Shown one piece after another: positions 9,762 through 19,200 of a stretch of 64,000 nt of DNA; position 1 is the first letter of the stretch, and each line of letters begins with the position of its first letter. A program made the position numbers and the translations under genes. The notes under the pieces were generated by a model that was given only the letters and a program-made list of their open reading frames with translations, searched no databases and was not told the DNA's origin. The DNA is from Candidatus Aldehydirespirator sp. (GTDB lineage: Bacteria > Actinomycetota > Acidimicrobiia > Acidimicrobiales > Aldehydirespiratoraceae), in NCBI GenBank assembly GCA_965220485.1, contig OZ244832.1:4475068-4539067 (forward strand), in the 5' to 3' direction.

Positions 9762-10148
9762 ATGCCCCCACGCCTAGCGGTCGCTGCGCTGCTGCTGACA
9801 GCCGCCTGCGCTGGCTCGACCGCGCCATCCGCAACACCAGCGCCCACGACGACGACCGTCGCGCCCACCACGACTGTGTTCACCTACGCCGACGCGTGCG
9901 CCCAAGAGGGCGGCACGCAGGGATACAGCGCCGCCACCGGAGTCCGGGTCTGCGAGATCGAAGACGTGATCCTGTTCAGACGCGACCCCGGCGATCCTGT
10001 CGGCTTCAAGCAGCGTTGCGAGAACGAGGGCGGGGAAGTCGAAGGCGTCACAGGCACCCGTCCGTGCATGCTGCGGGGCATTTCGTGGTTCACGCCGCAC
10101 GATTGGGACGACCCTGCCACCGAGCGCTACACCTTCGATGACGGCTAA
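9762..10148 (+). CDS. small secreted lipoprotein (IS passenger gene), hypothetical
   Basis: A GGAGGAAG RBS precedes ATG 9762. The signal peptide MPPRLAVAALLLTAAC has a lipobox Cys, followed by Thr/Pro-rich mature sequence. The gene lies inside the IS boundaries. Confidence 0.5.
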   Translation: MPPRLAVAALLLTAACAGSTAPSATPAPTTTTVAPTTTVFTYADACAQEGGTQGYSAATGVRVCEIEDVILFRRDPGDPVGFKQRCENEGGEVEGVTGTRPCMLRGISWFTPHDWDDPATERYTFDDG

Positions 10149-10185
10149 CCGCCCGCAACCCGAGTAGCGGACTAGGGTGGCCGCA

Positions 10186-10365
10186 TGGCAGCACCGAAGC
10201 GCCCAGACCGCTGGGACGGCTGGGACGACCCCGACTACACCCCAACCCAAACCGAACTAGAAGAACCCATCACCCTCAAAGACATCGAGGACGCGACCCC
10301 CGAAGACCTAGCCAAAGCCATCATGCGACCCATCAAAGGACCATCGTCCAATCAGCCCGGCTAGA
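10186..10365 (+). CDS. possible 59-aa acidic ORF inside IS right arm (hypothetical; below ORF-track cutoff)
   Basis: ATG…TAG reading frame MAAPKRPDRWDGWDDPDYTPTQTELEEPITLKDIEDATPEDLAKAIMRPIKGPSSNQPG. Its A-ending codon usage is atypical for the host, and there is no clear RBS. Confidence 0.15.
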
Positions 10366-10909
10366 CCGGTTTCGGCACCATCCCGTATAAGCCCCTTGCA
10401 GGAAAGGCCGCGCCTCGCTGGGAGGAGATGACGCCGGTGTCGAAGCCGGCCAGGTGCAGGCCGCCACCGAAGCGGGCGTGCTCGATCTTGAGGCACCGGT
10501 CCATCACCACGTCGAGCCCGGCGGCGGTGCAGCGCCGGGCGGCCTCGGCGCTCCACAGCCCGAGCTGCACCCAGAACGCGGAGGCGCCGGAGGCGATGGC
10601 CTCCTCGGCGACGGCGGGCAGGTCCTCGGACCGGCGGAACACGTCGACGATGTCGGGCGTGACCGGCACATCCGCGAGTGACCCGTACACCCGACGGCCG
10701 AGGATCTCGCTCCCGGCCGCTCGGGGGTTCACCGGGTACACGTCGAAGTCGGTGGAGGACGACAGCAGGTAGGTGAGAACGAAGTTGCTGGCCCGGGCCG
10801 GGTTGGACGAGGCACCGACGACTGCCACCGAGTGCGAGCGGTCCAGGATGCGCCGGCGCTCCCTCGCGGTCGGCGGCGTCCAGCCCTCCACGGGCGGATG
10901 CTCAGCCAT
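10361..10909 (-). CDS. CoA-binding domain protein (YccU/YneT family, PF13380-like)
   Basis: Starts [10 protein letters not shown]… with motifs SVAVVGASSNPARASNF… and …VMDRCLKIEHARF. The ATG overlaps the metY stop by 8 nt (ATGGCTGA). The last ~14 codons are encoded by the IS1595 right end. Confidence 0.7.
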   Translation of the reverse strand: MAEHPPVEGWTPPTARERRRILDRSHSVAVVGASSNPARASNFVLTYLLSSSTDFDVYPVNPRAAGSEILGRRVYGSLADVPVTPDIVDVFRRSEDLPAVAEEAIASGASAFWVQLGLWSAEAARRCTAAGLDVVMDRCLKIEHARFGGGLHLAGFDTGVISSQRGAAFPARGLYGMVPKPV

Positions 10910-12200
10910 CGGGATCCTTGGTTGCCGCGGCCAGGGCCTGGTCGAGGTCCCAGATGATGTCGGTGACGTCCTCGAGGCCGACCGATATGCGCACCATGTC
11001 CGGCGAGACGCCACCGGCCTGCAGCTCGGCGTCGGAGAGCTGCTGATGGGTGGTCGAGGCTGGGTGGATCACCAGCGTCTTGGCGTCGCCCACATTGGCC
11101 AGGTGCGACACCATCTGCAGCGACTCGATGAAGCGGGCGCCGGCGGCACGCCCGCCCACCACGCCGAAAGTGAAGATCGCTCCCGGTCCCTTGGGCAGGT
11201 AGCGGCGGGCCAGGTCGTGGTCCGGGTGGTCGGGCAGGCCGGCCCACAGCACCCACGCCACCCGATCGTCGGCGTCGAGCCACTGGGCCACGGTCCGGGC
11301 GTTGGCGACGTGGGCCTCCATGCGCAGAGGCAGCGTCTCCAGTCCCTGAAGCAGCAGGAAGGCGTTGAACGGTGATAGGCAGGCCCCGACGTCGCGCAGC
11401 TGCTCGGCTCGCACCTTCGTGCAGAAGGCGTACTCGCCGAAGTTGTCCCACCAGCGCAGCTCGTTGTAGCTCGGCACCGGCTCGGTCATGTGGGCGAAGC
11501 GCCCCGAGCCCCAGTCGAAGCGGCCCGCCTCCACGATCACCCCGCCGATGGATGTGCCGTGGCCGCCCAGGAACTTGGTGGCCGAGTGCAGCACGATGTC
11601 GGTGCCGTGGTCTAGGGGACGGCACAGGTAGGGCGTCGCGAAGGTTGAGTCGACCGCCAGAGGTAGGCGGTGGGCTTGGGCGACGTCGGCCAGTGCGACC
11701 AGGTCGGCCACGGCGCCGGAGGGGTTGGAGATGGTCTCGGTGTACAGCAGCTTGGTGTTCTCGCGGACGGCGGCCGCGAAAGCGTCGGGGTCGGTTCCGT
11801 CGACGAACGTCGTGTCGATGCCGAGGCGTCGCAGCGTCACATCGAACTGGGTGTAGGTGCCGCCGTAGAGGCCTGCCGCGGCCACCATGTGGTCGCCGGC
11901 GGCGGCCAGGGCGGTGACGGTGAGGAACTCGGCGGCCTGCCCGCTGGCGGTGGCCACGGCTCCGATGCCTCCCTCGAGGCTGGCCATGCGCTCCTCGAAG
12001 ACCGCGTTGGTCGGGTTGGACATCCGGGTGTAGATGGTCCCGTACTTCTGCAGGGCGAACAGGTCGGCGGCATCCGCGGTGTCCTCGAACACGAAGCTCG
12101 TGGACTGGTAGATGGGCACGGCCCGGGCGCCGGTGGCGGGATCGGGCTGGCTGCCCGCGTGCAGCGCCCGGGTGCGGAACCCCCAATTTCGGTCGTCCAT
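10902..12200 (-). CDS. metY: O-acetylhomoserine aminocarboxypropyltransferase (O-acetylhomoserine sulfhydrylase), PLP-dependent
   Basis: The 432-aa ORF has a Cys/Met-metabolism PLP-enzyme signature (…[33 protein letters not shown]…) and the MetY-typical N-terminus. Confidence 0.9.
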   Translation of the reverse strand: MDDRNWGFRTRALHAGSQPDPATGARAVPIYQSTSFVFEDTADAADLFALQKYGTIYTRMSNPTNAVFEERMASLEGGIGAVATASGQAAEFLTVTALAAAGDHMVAAAGLYGGTYTQFDVTLRRLGIDTTFVDGTDPDAFAAAVRENTKLLYTETISNPSGAVADLVALADVAQAHRLPLAVDSTFATPYLCRPLDHGTDIVLHSATKFLGGHGTSIGGVIVEAGRFDWGSGRFAHMTEPVPSYNELRWWDNFGEYAFCTKVRAEQLRDVGACLSPFNAFLLLQGLETLPLRMEAHVANARTVAQWLDADDRVAWVLWAGLPDHPDHDLARRYLPKGPGAIFTFGVVGGRAAGARFIESLQMVSHLANVGDAKTLVIHPASTTHQQLSDAELQAGGVSPDMVRISVGLEDVTDIIWDLDQALAAATKDPDG

Positions 12201-12323
12201 GCCCCGACGATACGTCAGACTGGCCGCCGCCGTGCCCCGAGGCGCCTGCTGGTGTTGCTCGGCTGAGCAGCCCTGCTGGTTGGGCGCGGTTGGCGGTGTC
12301 GTTGGAGTGGGGCGGTACTGTCG

Positions 12324-12827
12324 GTGACGATGGTCTCGTTCAGCGTCGAAACGATCGCCTTCGAGTCAGCGGACACTTCTCCGGTTGTCGGAGAGATGGA
12401 GGGCCTGGAGGCCCGGGGCGACGGTCAGGGCTGGATCAACATCGGCCCCGGGCTGCGAGACGACCAGATCGACCGGCTGCCGCCGCCGACGGTGCTGGGA
12501 CGCTGGTTCTCAGGACGGGGGCCGGCGGTGCCGATGGCGACGTGGACTCCGCCTCGGGGAGTTCCAGGCTCCATGCCGCCGACCTTGGGCGTTGAGCACG
12601 GCGCGGGCCCCAAAGCCCTGGACCTGCTCCGTGACGCCGGGGCGCCGCTGCCTGCCGGCTGGCGCAAGGTGCAGGACCACGCCAAGCACGGAATCGTCGC
12701 CCATCCATCGTCTCAAGCGTCCCACCACGACGTGCTGCTCTGGCTCCTGTCGGTGTGCTGGGCGCTGTGCCCCATAGACATAGAGGACAACTGGCTGGCA
12801 GAAATCCACCGCCCTCCTAGGAGTTGA
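12324..12827 (+). CDS. hypothetical protein (167 aa) at left edge of inserted island
   Basis: The ORF has high GC3 and no recognisable domain. Its last codons plus stop fall within the repeated 11-mer CTAGGAGTTGA (12817-12827). Confidence 0.2.
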   Translation: MTMVSFSVETIAFESADTSPVVGEMEGLEARGDGQGWINIGPGLRDDQIDRLPPPTVLGRWFSGRGPAVPMATWTPPRGVPGSMPPTLGVEHGAGPKALDLLRDAGAPLPAGWRKVQDHAKHGIVAHPSSQASHHDVLLWLLSVCWALCPIDIEDNWLAEIHRPPRS

Positions 12828-13013
12828 AGCCTGGACCCACCGATGGGACTGTGGTCTCTCACCAAATCTGCACGGATTGTGCTCGCATACGACGCGTTTC
12901 TCTACAGATTTCGGGACACCAGCGCTTCATGGTTGGGGTAAGTCCATCGCATGGTCTAACGGGCCGACCTGAAATGCCATACATTGTCACAGGGATTGGC
13001 TACCTTTGGGATC

Positions 13014-15932
13014 ATGGCCACCACTGAGCCGACCGTCAACACCTACGTGGCCCAATCGTTACGGACCATGCACCCGCGCTGGGCCGAGAGGGGCGCGATC
13101 GTCTCGCAGGCGACTGGGTTGATCGCTGGCGACAAGGGCAAGCAGCCCGACATCATGGTCCGCGTCCCGGGCGCAGCTCCTTTGGTGATCGAGGCCGAGT
13201 TCTACCCGGCGCGCACCCTGGAGGACGACGCGCTGAGCCGTGTGGGCGCTCAGACCGCCAACAGGTTCAGGCCCATCGAGACGGTCGTTGCGCTGCGCTA
13301 TCCGCGGCGTCTGCGCGATGTGCCCGAGACCGGCCTGGCCGAGGAATTGGCAAAGTGCGACGACTTGGAGTGGTGCGTGTGGACGGAAGGGCCCAGCAAC
13401 GTCAGGTTCCCGTCCGATGGCTGGGTGCGAAGCAGCTTGCCCCACTTGGCCAGCGCGATCGAGGTGGTGGCGGTGTCGCCGCGCCGCATCGACACGGCGG
13501 CGGACCGAATGGAACTGGGCGTCCTGCACGGCTCGGCTCTGCTGGCCGAGGCCGGCACGACGACCCAAGCCAAGCTGGCCGAACTCTTGCACCAGGAGGC
13601 CGGCGAGCAGACAACGAGGATGGCGGCGTCGGTCATCATCAACGCTTTCCTGTTCCAGATCGCGGTGGCGTCCAGCCACGGCACTCCGGGGATCGAGGCG
13701 ACCGCCGCCGCTTCGGGGGATCCGGAGCATCTGAGCAAGGCGGACGTGCTCGACGTCTGGAAGCAGATCCTGCGAATCAACTACTGGCCGGTATTCGACA
13801 TAGCCCGCAGGCTGCTGCTGCCGATCAGTCAGCCCGTTGCTGACGAACTATGCCAGAGGCTAGGCCAGACGGCCTTGAGCCTGGCCGCTACCGGCGCCGT
13901 CGAGGTGCAGGACCTCGCGGGACAGATGTTCGGGAGGCTGATCGCCGACCGCAAGTTCCTGGCCACCTTCTACACGCTGCCCGAGTCGGCCGCCCTCTTG
14001 GCTGAGCTGGCGGTGTCGCGCCTCGACACCGAAGTCGACTGGTCCGACGCGACGGCCGTGACCGACCTGCGGATCGGGGACCTGGCCTGCGGGACCGGTG
14101 CGCTGCTCTCTGCGGTCTACCGGCGCATCGCGGCGAGGGTGCGCCGGGCCGGGCATGACGACGCCCGGCTCCACGCTGCGATCATGCAGGAGACGCTGAT
14201 CGGCGCCGACATAATGCCCGCCGCGGCCCACCTCACCACGACGATCCTGTCGGCCTCGCACCCGGCGATCGGATTCGGGAAGTGCGGCGTCCATGTGCTG
14301 CCCTTCGGGCGCATCCCCGGCGGCGGCGTCGCCGTGGGCTCTCTGGACCTGCTTGGCGATGCCGGGACCCTCTCGCTTCTGGGGCGGCCGGGAACCCGGC
14401 TGGCCGGGAGCATGGACGACGACGAGCCCGACGACGCCCTCGCAGCGTGCAACGTCGGCGACGGCACCCTCGACCTATGCATCATGAACCCGCCGTTCAC
14501 CCGTCCCACCAACCATGAGACGGCTGGCACAGCGGGTGTTCCGGTGCCGTCATTCGCGGGGTTCGGCACCACGGCGGACGACCAGCGGGCCATGTCGGCG
14601 CGGCTCGCCGAGTTGAGTCCGGCGGGCAACGGGCCGCGTGCCGGCCACGGTAATGCTGGCCTGGCCTCGAACTTCGTCGACTTGGCGCACGCCAAGCTGC
14701 GCCCGGGAGGAGTGTTGGCGCTGGTCCTGCCGTTCTCAGCCGCCTCCGGTGGATCCTGGGCGGGACTGCGGCGGCTCCTCGAAAGGCACTACCGCGATGT
14801 GACTGTGGCCTCCATCGCAGCCCATGGGAGCACCGCCCGCGCCTTCTCGGCCGACACCAGCATGGCGGAGATCGCGCTCGTGGCCGTCAAACGACTCGCA
14901 GACACCGCAGTCGAAGGGTCGCGGGTGAGCTGGAGCAGCCTGGCGCGCCGCCCGACGAGCATGGTCGAAGCAGTGCAGGTCGCTCGGGCCATCCACGACA
15001 GCGGGGCGCCGTCGGCGGCGCTCGGGGTGGAGGTGGGCGGCGTCCGCGTCGGATGCGTGCTACCGGGCGAGGTCTATGACGGCGGGCTCGCGGCGGTGGC
15101 CGAACCCGCCGTCGCGCATTTCGGGCTCGCACTGAGCAGATACGAGCCGAGCCTGAATCGGATCGGACACCTGCCGATTGCGGTGGTGCGGCTGGGCGAG
15201 ATGGGAAGACCCGGCCCGGTGCACCGGGACATCAGCGGCACGGACAAGACTTCCGGCGCGTATCGGGGCCCCTTCGACGTCAAGCCGCTGCTGCCCGGTC
15301 GGACCCCCTCCTATCCCGTTTTGTGGGCCCACGACGCGGCCTCGGGCCGCGAGTCGCAGATCGAGGTCCCGCCGGACACCCAGGGAAGGGTCCGAGCCGG
15401 TATGGACGAGCAGGCGCTCGGCGTGTGGGCGACGGCCACCCGCCTGCACATCAACCTCGACTTCCAGATCAACAGCCAGTCTCTGGTGGCCTGCGCCACT
15501 GCCGAGCCGTGCATCGGCGGAAGGGCCTGGCCGTCCTTCGCCCTTGACGACACGGCCTGGGAAGAGGCCGTGGCCCTGTGGATGAACACCACGCTCGGCC
15601 TGATCGCATTCTGGTTCGCAGGCAGCCGTCAGCACCAGGGACGGGCCAGTCTCACAGTCACCCGGCTGGCCGACCTGGTAGTCGTCGATCCCCGCAGTCT
15701 CACAGACGAGCAGCTTGGCGTGGCCAGCGACGTGTTCGAGCGTTTCAGGAGCCGGCCGTTGCTGCCGGCCAACGAGGCGTATCGCGACGCGACGCGCCAG
15801 GAACTGGACGAGGCTGTGCTGTGCGAGGTACTAGGGCTTCCCGCCGATGTGCTGGCTCCGCTGTCGATCCTGCGCACGCAGTGGTGCGAAGAGCCGTCGG
15901 TTCACGGAGGCAAGTCCACCCGTCCCCGCTGA
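13014..15932 (+). CDS. MmeI/PglX-like large gamma-class N6-adenine DNA methyltransferase (Type IIG/IIL RM-enzyme homologue) with degenerate N-terminal PD-ExK-like motif
   Basis: AdoMet motif I IGDLACGTGALL lies upstream of catalytic motif IV CIMNPPF, which is gamma-class order. The N-terminal segment QPDIMVRVPGAAPLVIEAEF mirrors the MmeI nuclease segment D-LFWPGILLIEMK but reads E-A-E where MmeI has E-x-K. A ~330-aa C-terminal region is a candidate TRD. A TTG at 12984 is an alternative start. Confidence 0.75.
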   Translation: MATTEPTVNTYVAQSLRTMHPRWAERGAIVSQATGLIAGDKGKQPDIMVRVPGAAPLVIEAEFYPARTLEDDALSRVGAQTANRFRPIETVVALRYPRRLRDVPETGLAEELAKCDDLEWCVWTEGPSNVRFPSDGWVRSSLPHLASAIEVVAVSPRRIDTAADRMELGVLHGSALLAEAGTTTQAKLAELLHQEAGEQTTRMAASVIINAFLFQIAVASSHGTPGIEATAAASGDPEHLSKADVLDVWKQILRINYWPVFDIARRLLLPISQPVADELCQRLGQTALSLAATGAVEVQDLAGQMFGRLIADRKFLATFYTLPESAALLAELAVSRLDTEVDWSDATAVTDLRIGDLACGTGALLSAVYRRIAARVRRAGHDDARLHAAIMQETLIGADIMPAAAHLTTTILSASHPAIGFGKCGVHVLPFGRIPGGGVAVGSLDLLGDAGTLSLLGRPGTRLAGSMDDDEPDDALAACNVGDGTLDLCIMNPPFTRPTNHETAGTAGVPVPSFAGFGTTADDQRAMSARLAELSPAGNGPRAGHGNAGLASNFVDLAHAKLRPGGVLALVLPFSAASGGSWAGLRRLLERHYRDVTVASIAAHGSTARAFSADTSMAEIALVAVKRLADTAVEGSRVSWSSLARRPTSMVEAVQVARAIHDSGAPSAALGVEVGGVRVGCVLPGEVYDGGLAAVAEPAVAHFGLALSRYEPSLNRIGHLPIAVVRLGEMGRPGPVHRDISGTDKTSGAYRGPFDVKPLLPGRTPSYPVLWAHDAASGRESQIEVPPDTQGRVRAGMDEQALGVWATATRLHINLDFQINSQSLVACATAEPCIGGRAWPSFALDDTAWEEAVALWMNTTLGLIAFWFAGSRQHQGRASLTVTRLADLVVVDPRSLTDEQLGVASDVFERFRSRPLLPANEAYRDATRQELDEAVLCEVLGLPADVLAPLSILRTQWCEEPSVHGGKSTRPR

Positions 15933-15952
15933 TCAGGACTGTCCGGTCCTAC

Positions 15953-16175
15953 TGCTAGGAGTTGATCACCGCTTCCACGATGAGGTCGATCACGGCCTGG
16001 GCGTCCGCGTCCCACACGACGTCTTGGGCGGGCGGAGCCAGCTCAGCGGCGACGGCCGCTGGTGGGCGCACGTCGGTCACGGTCATGCCCCGGGTGTGCT
16101 CGCCGCGCAGTTCCACCGCAACCGGATGGCTTGACCGGTGGAATAAGTGGGGGTGGGTGATCGCGATGATGGCGT
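15953..16175 (-). pseudogene. duplicated 3'-end fragment (~220 bp, ~85% identical) of the nucleoside hydrolase gene at 20424-20645
   Basis: Direct alignment of 15953-16175 with 20422-20645. The translated fragment …THPHLFHRSSHPVAVELRGEHTRGMTVTDVRPPAAVAAELAPPAQDVVWDADAQAVIDLIVEAVINS* matches the true gene's C-terminus and has no upstream start. Confidence 0.8.
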
Positions 16176-16298
16176 GGCACGGCGTCCCGCCCCCGGTCTG
16201 CCGCGTCGGCACGTTGAACACGGGACTGCCAACCCGCGACATTGCATGGACGACACTGAGGATTGTCGCCGTGTTGGCTCGCCGGTAGGGTCGCACCC

Positions 16299-19200
16299 AT
16301 GCGGGTGGGCTCCATCGAACTGCCGGAAGAACTGGTGGACGCGCACGCCGAGGGCCGCCTCGTCCTGTTCGTTGGCGCCGGCGCGTCTGTCGCCGAGCCA
16401 ACATGCCTGCCCACCTACCGCGAGCTGGCCGAGAAGCTGGTCGAGCAGAGCGAGAGCCTGGTCTGCCGAGCAAGCCTCGACCGGCCAGACATAGTGCTCA
16501 GCAAACTCAAGTCGGACGGCGTAGACGTCCACGGGTGCGTGCACAAGCTGATCAGCGATCCGCAGGACCGGCCCGCGCCGAGGTCGAACAAGCTTCACCA
16601 AGCCATCGCCAGCCTGGCGACGGCCTCGCCGCAGGTGAGGATCGTCACCACCAACTACGACCGCTGCCTGTCGAACTGCCTGCCGGAGGGCGTGGACGAG
16701 TATGAGGCGCACGCCCTTCCCGAACAAGACGAGTTCACAGGGTTGGTCTACCTGCACGGCTCCGTGCGCCTGCCACTAGAGCGCTTGATCGTCACCGGAG
16801 ACGACTTGGGCCGTCACTACCTGAGCAACCACGGCGCGGCCAGGTTCCTGGAGCTGATGTTCCGAAACCTGTCGGTGCTGTTCATCGGCTACAGCTTGAA
16901 AGACACGTTGATGGACTATCTGGTCAGAGGACTACGTTCGGACCGGATCTATGTCTTGACCAACAAGCCGCAGGCCTCGCAGTGGCACCAACTCCGCATC
17001 ACTCCCATCGGTTGCGAGAGCCATGACAAGTTGCCTGGCATCGTCCAAGATTGGGCGGATCTGTCTCGGATGAGCATGTTGGATCATCAGCAGCGCGTCC
17101 GCCGAATCGTCTCAGGATCACCTCCCCTGACACCGGGCGACGACTCGTATCTTCACGACATCGTCTCTGACACTCGTCGACGAGGGCTGTTCATCGGTCA
17201 GGCGCGCGGCCTCGACTGGCTGCACTGGATGAGTTCCAAACCACCCTTCAAAGAGCTTCTGGATCCGTTCGTGTCGCCCGAGCGTATCGACCACAGGTTG
17301 GCCCAATGGTTCGCTGACCACTATGCGGCCAACGAGGACAGCACCACTGAGGCGCTAAGCCTGATCGTCGATGCCGGCGGAACCCTCAACCGTGAACTCT
17401 GGATGGCGATTGCGCAGTCTCTAAGGCTCCAGTCAGGCACGCGCAGTGAGGCAATGGATAGATGGCTGGCGCTGTTGGTGGAAGCGACGCCCCCAAGTCG
17501 TGGTCAAGATCACGTACTGCTCCTCTCACTACTCTTGGACGGATGCGACCCGGAGCGAGATCGCGCTGCGGTCCTGCTCCTACTGGACAGAGTTCTAGAG
17601 CCTGCACTACAGATGCGGCGTGATCAAGGTGCCAGAGTCGTCGTACCACTGTGCCGCAACTCGTTGGCTGAGCACCGGTTCGACCAGATCAAGCCTTACA
17701 TGTCGGCTCTTGCACTGGACCTAGCCCCGATTGTAGATCGGCAGCTGCGTAGAGCCCATTGGTTGCAGCGGGCGATCCACTCTCGAACGGAACAATATGA
17801 TTCCACGACAGTGCAGTTGATGGCACAACTAGGCCAAGATGTCTCGCATGTGACGGATCGCGAGTTCTTCGACAGCACGAGCCACAGACGCAAGGCCATC
17901 GAGTCTCACAGTCGGAACAAGCTCGCGTGCGGCATTGACCTGCTGATCGATGTTGCTCGGGATGTGTTGGAGCTGCTTGTGGAACGGTCACCAACGATCG
18001 CCGGCAGCTACCTGGAGAGTTGGAGCGGAGCCGAATCGGCGCTCCTGCGACGTCTGAGCGTTCACGGCTGGTGCGAGCGGACGGACGTGACCGCTGACGA
18101 GAAGCTGAAGTGGCTCACGAACGACGACTGGCTTGACGACCGGGACGCACATCACGAGGTGATGCGGCTGATCGCCACGGTCGCGCCGTCTGCCTCGGAG
18201 GGCGCGCTCGGTGGGCTGATTGAGCGTGCGTCGTCGGATTCGGTTGGCTGGAGAGAATTGAGACTCCTAGGTTGGATCGCACGGCACGCGCCCCAGTCGA
18301 TTGCGGCCCGCCGGGCTTTCGAGGCAGCGAAGAGGGCTCATACCCAGTGGAAGATGCCGAAGGATGCAGACTTCCGGGGCGGCGAAATCACGGGTGGGCA
18401 TATTCCGCTTCTACCGATTCGCGAGGCACATGAACTGCACGAACTCATCAGACAAGAACCACCGGAAGCGGTTGCACTGCTGCAGAAGTACGCCGACGTT
18501 GACGATTGGGAGGCTCCGGGATGGCTTTCGGCTATGGATGCTCTGCGTGCCACGGTAGAGGAGCATCCTGACGACGGTGTCAGCGTTCTTGAGGTGATCG
18601 CAGACGATACCGAGATCGATGCTGCAGTCAGTCAGAGCATCGCCGAGACAGTGTTCGGCGTGCTGAGCCGCATCGAGCAATCCCGCAGTCAGATCGATCA
18701 GTTGCAGGCCGTTCTCCCGAAGGTGTGGAAGACCGGCCTTGAGCGCTTCAACCCCCAGAGCCATGTCGTGAGTCCGTCGAGATGGATCGACGCCGCCATA
18801 AATCATTGGGCGGGCAAGTTGGCAGAACTGTGGATCGCCATCATCGCCGCTCAGTGGCGGAATGCTGGCGAGACGTGGGCCGGTCTCTGCAACACTACGA
18901 GTGCAGCGCTTAGAGAACTCTTGGCCGACGACAGTCAGGCATCGCACCATGCTCAGGCCGTACTGGCCAGCAAGGTGGCTTACTTGTTTGCAGCTGACCA
19001 GAAGTGGTGCCAAGACAACCTGCTACATCGTTTCGACAGTGAACGAGACAGCCTGCAGGCGTTTCGATTCTGGGACGGACTCTTGGGAAGCGGCCAACTG
19101 AGCGACGATCTATTGCAGGCTGGACTCTTGGACTATTTTGTCGGCTTCAGCCGCCAGCTCGAGGGCGGTGAGGAGAGGACAGGGGGCGGCGATGAGTCGA

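Larger units (their letters stand above)
8196..10404 (+). mobile_element. IS1595-family insertion sequence (~2.2 kb) with passenger gene(s); imperfect ~30-bp terminal inverted repeats
   Basis: Left end ~8200-8232 reads GCAGGAGGGGCTTATACGGAATGGTGCCGAA. The right end ~10370-10401, read inward on the other strand, gives CCTGCAAGGGGCTTATACGGGATGGTGCCGAA. A transposase gene lies inside. The exact ends and target-site duplication were not resolved. Confidence 0.7.
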
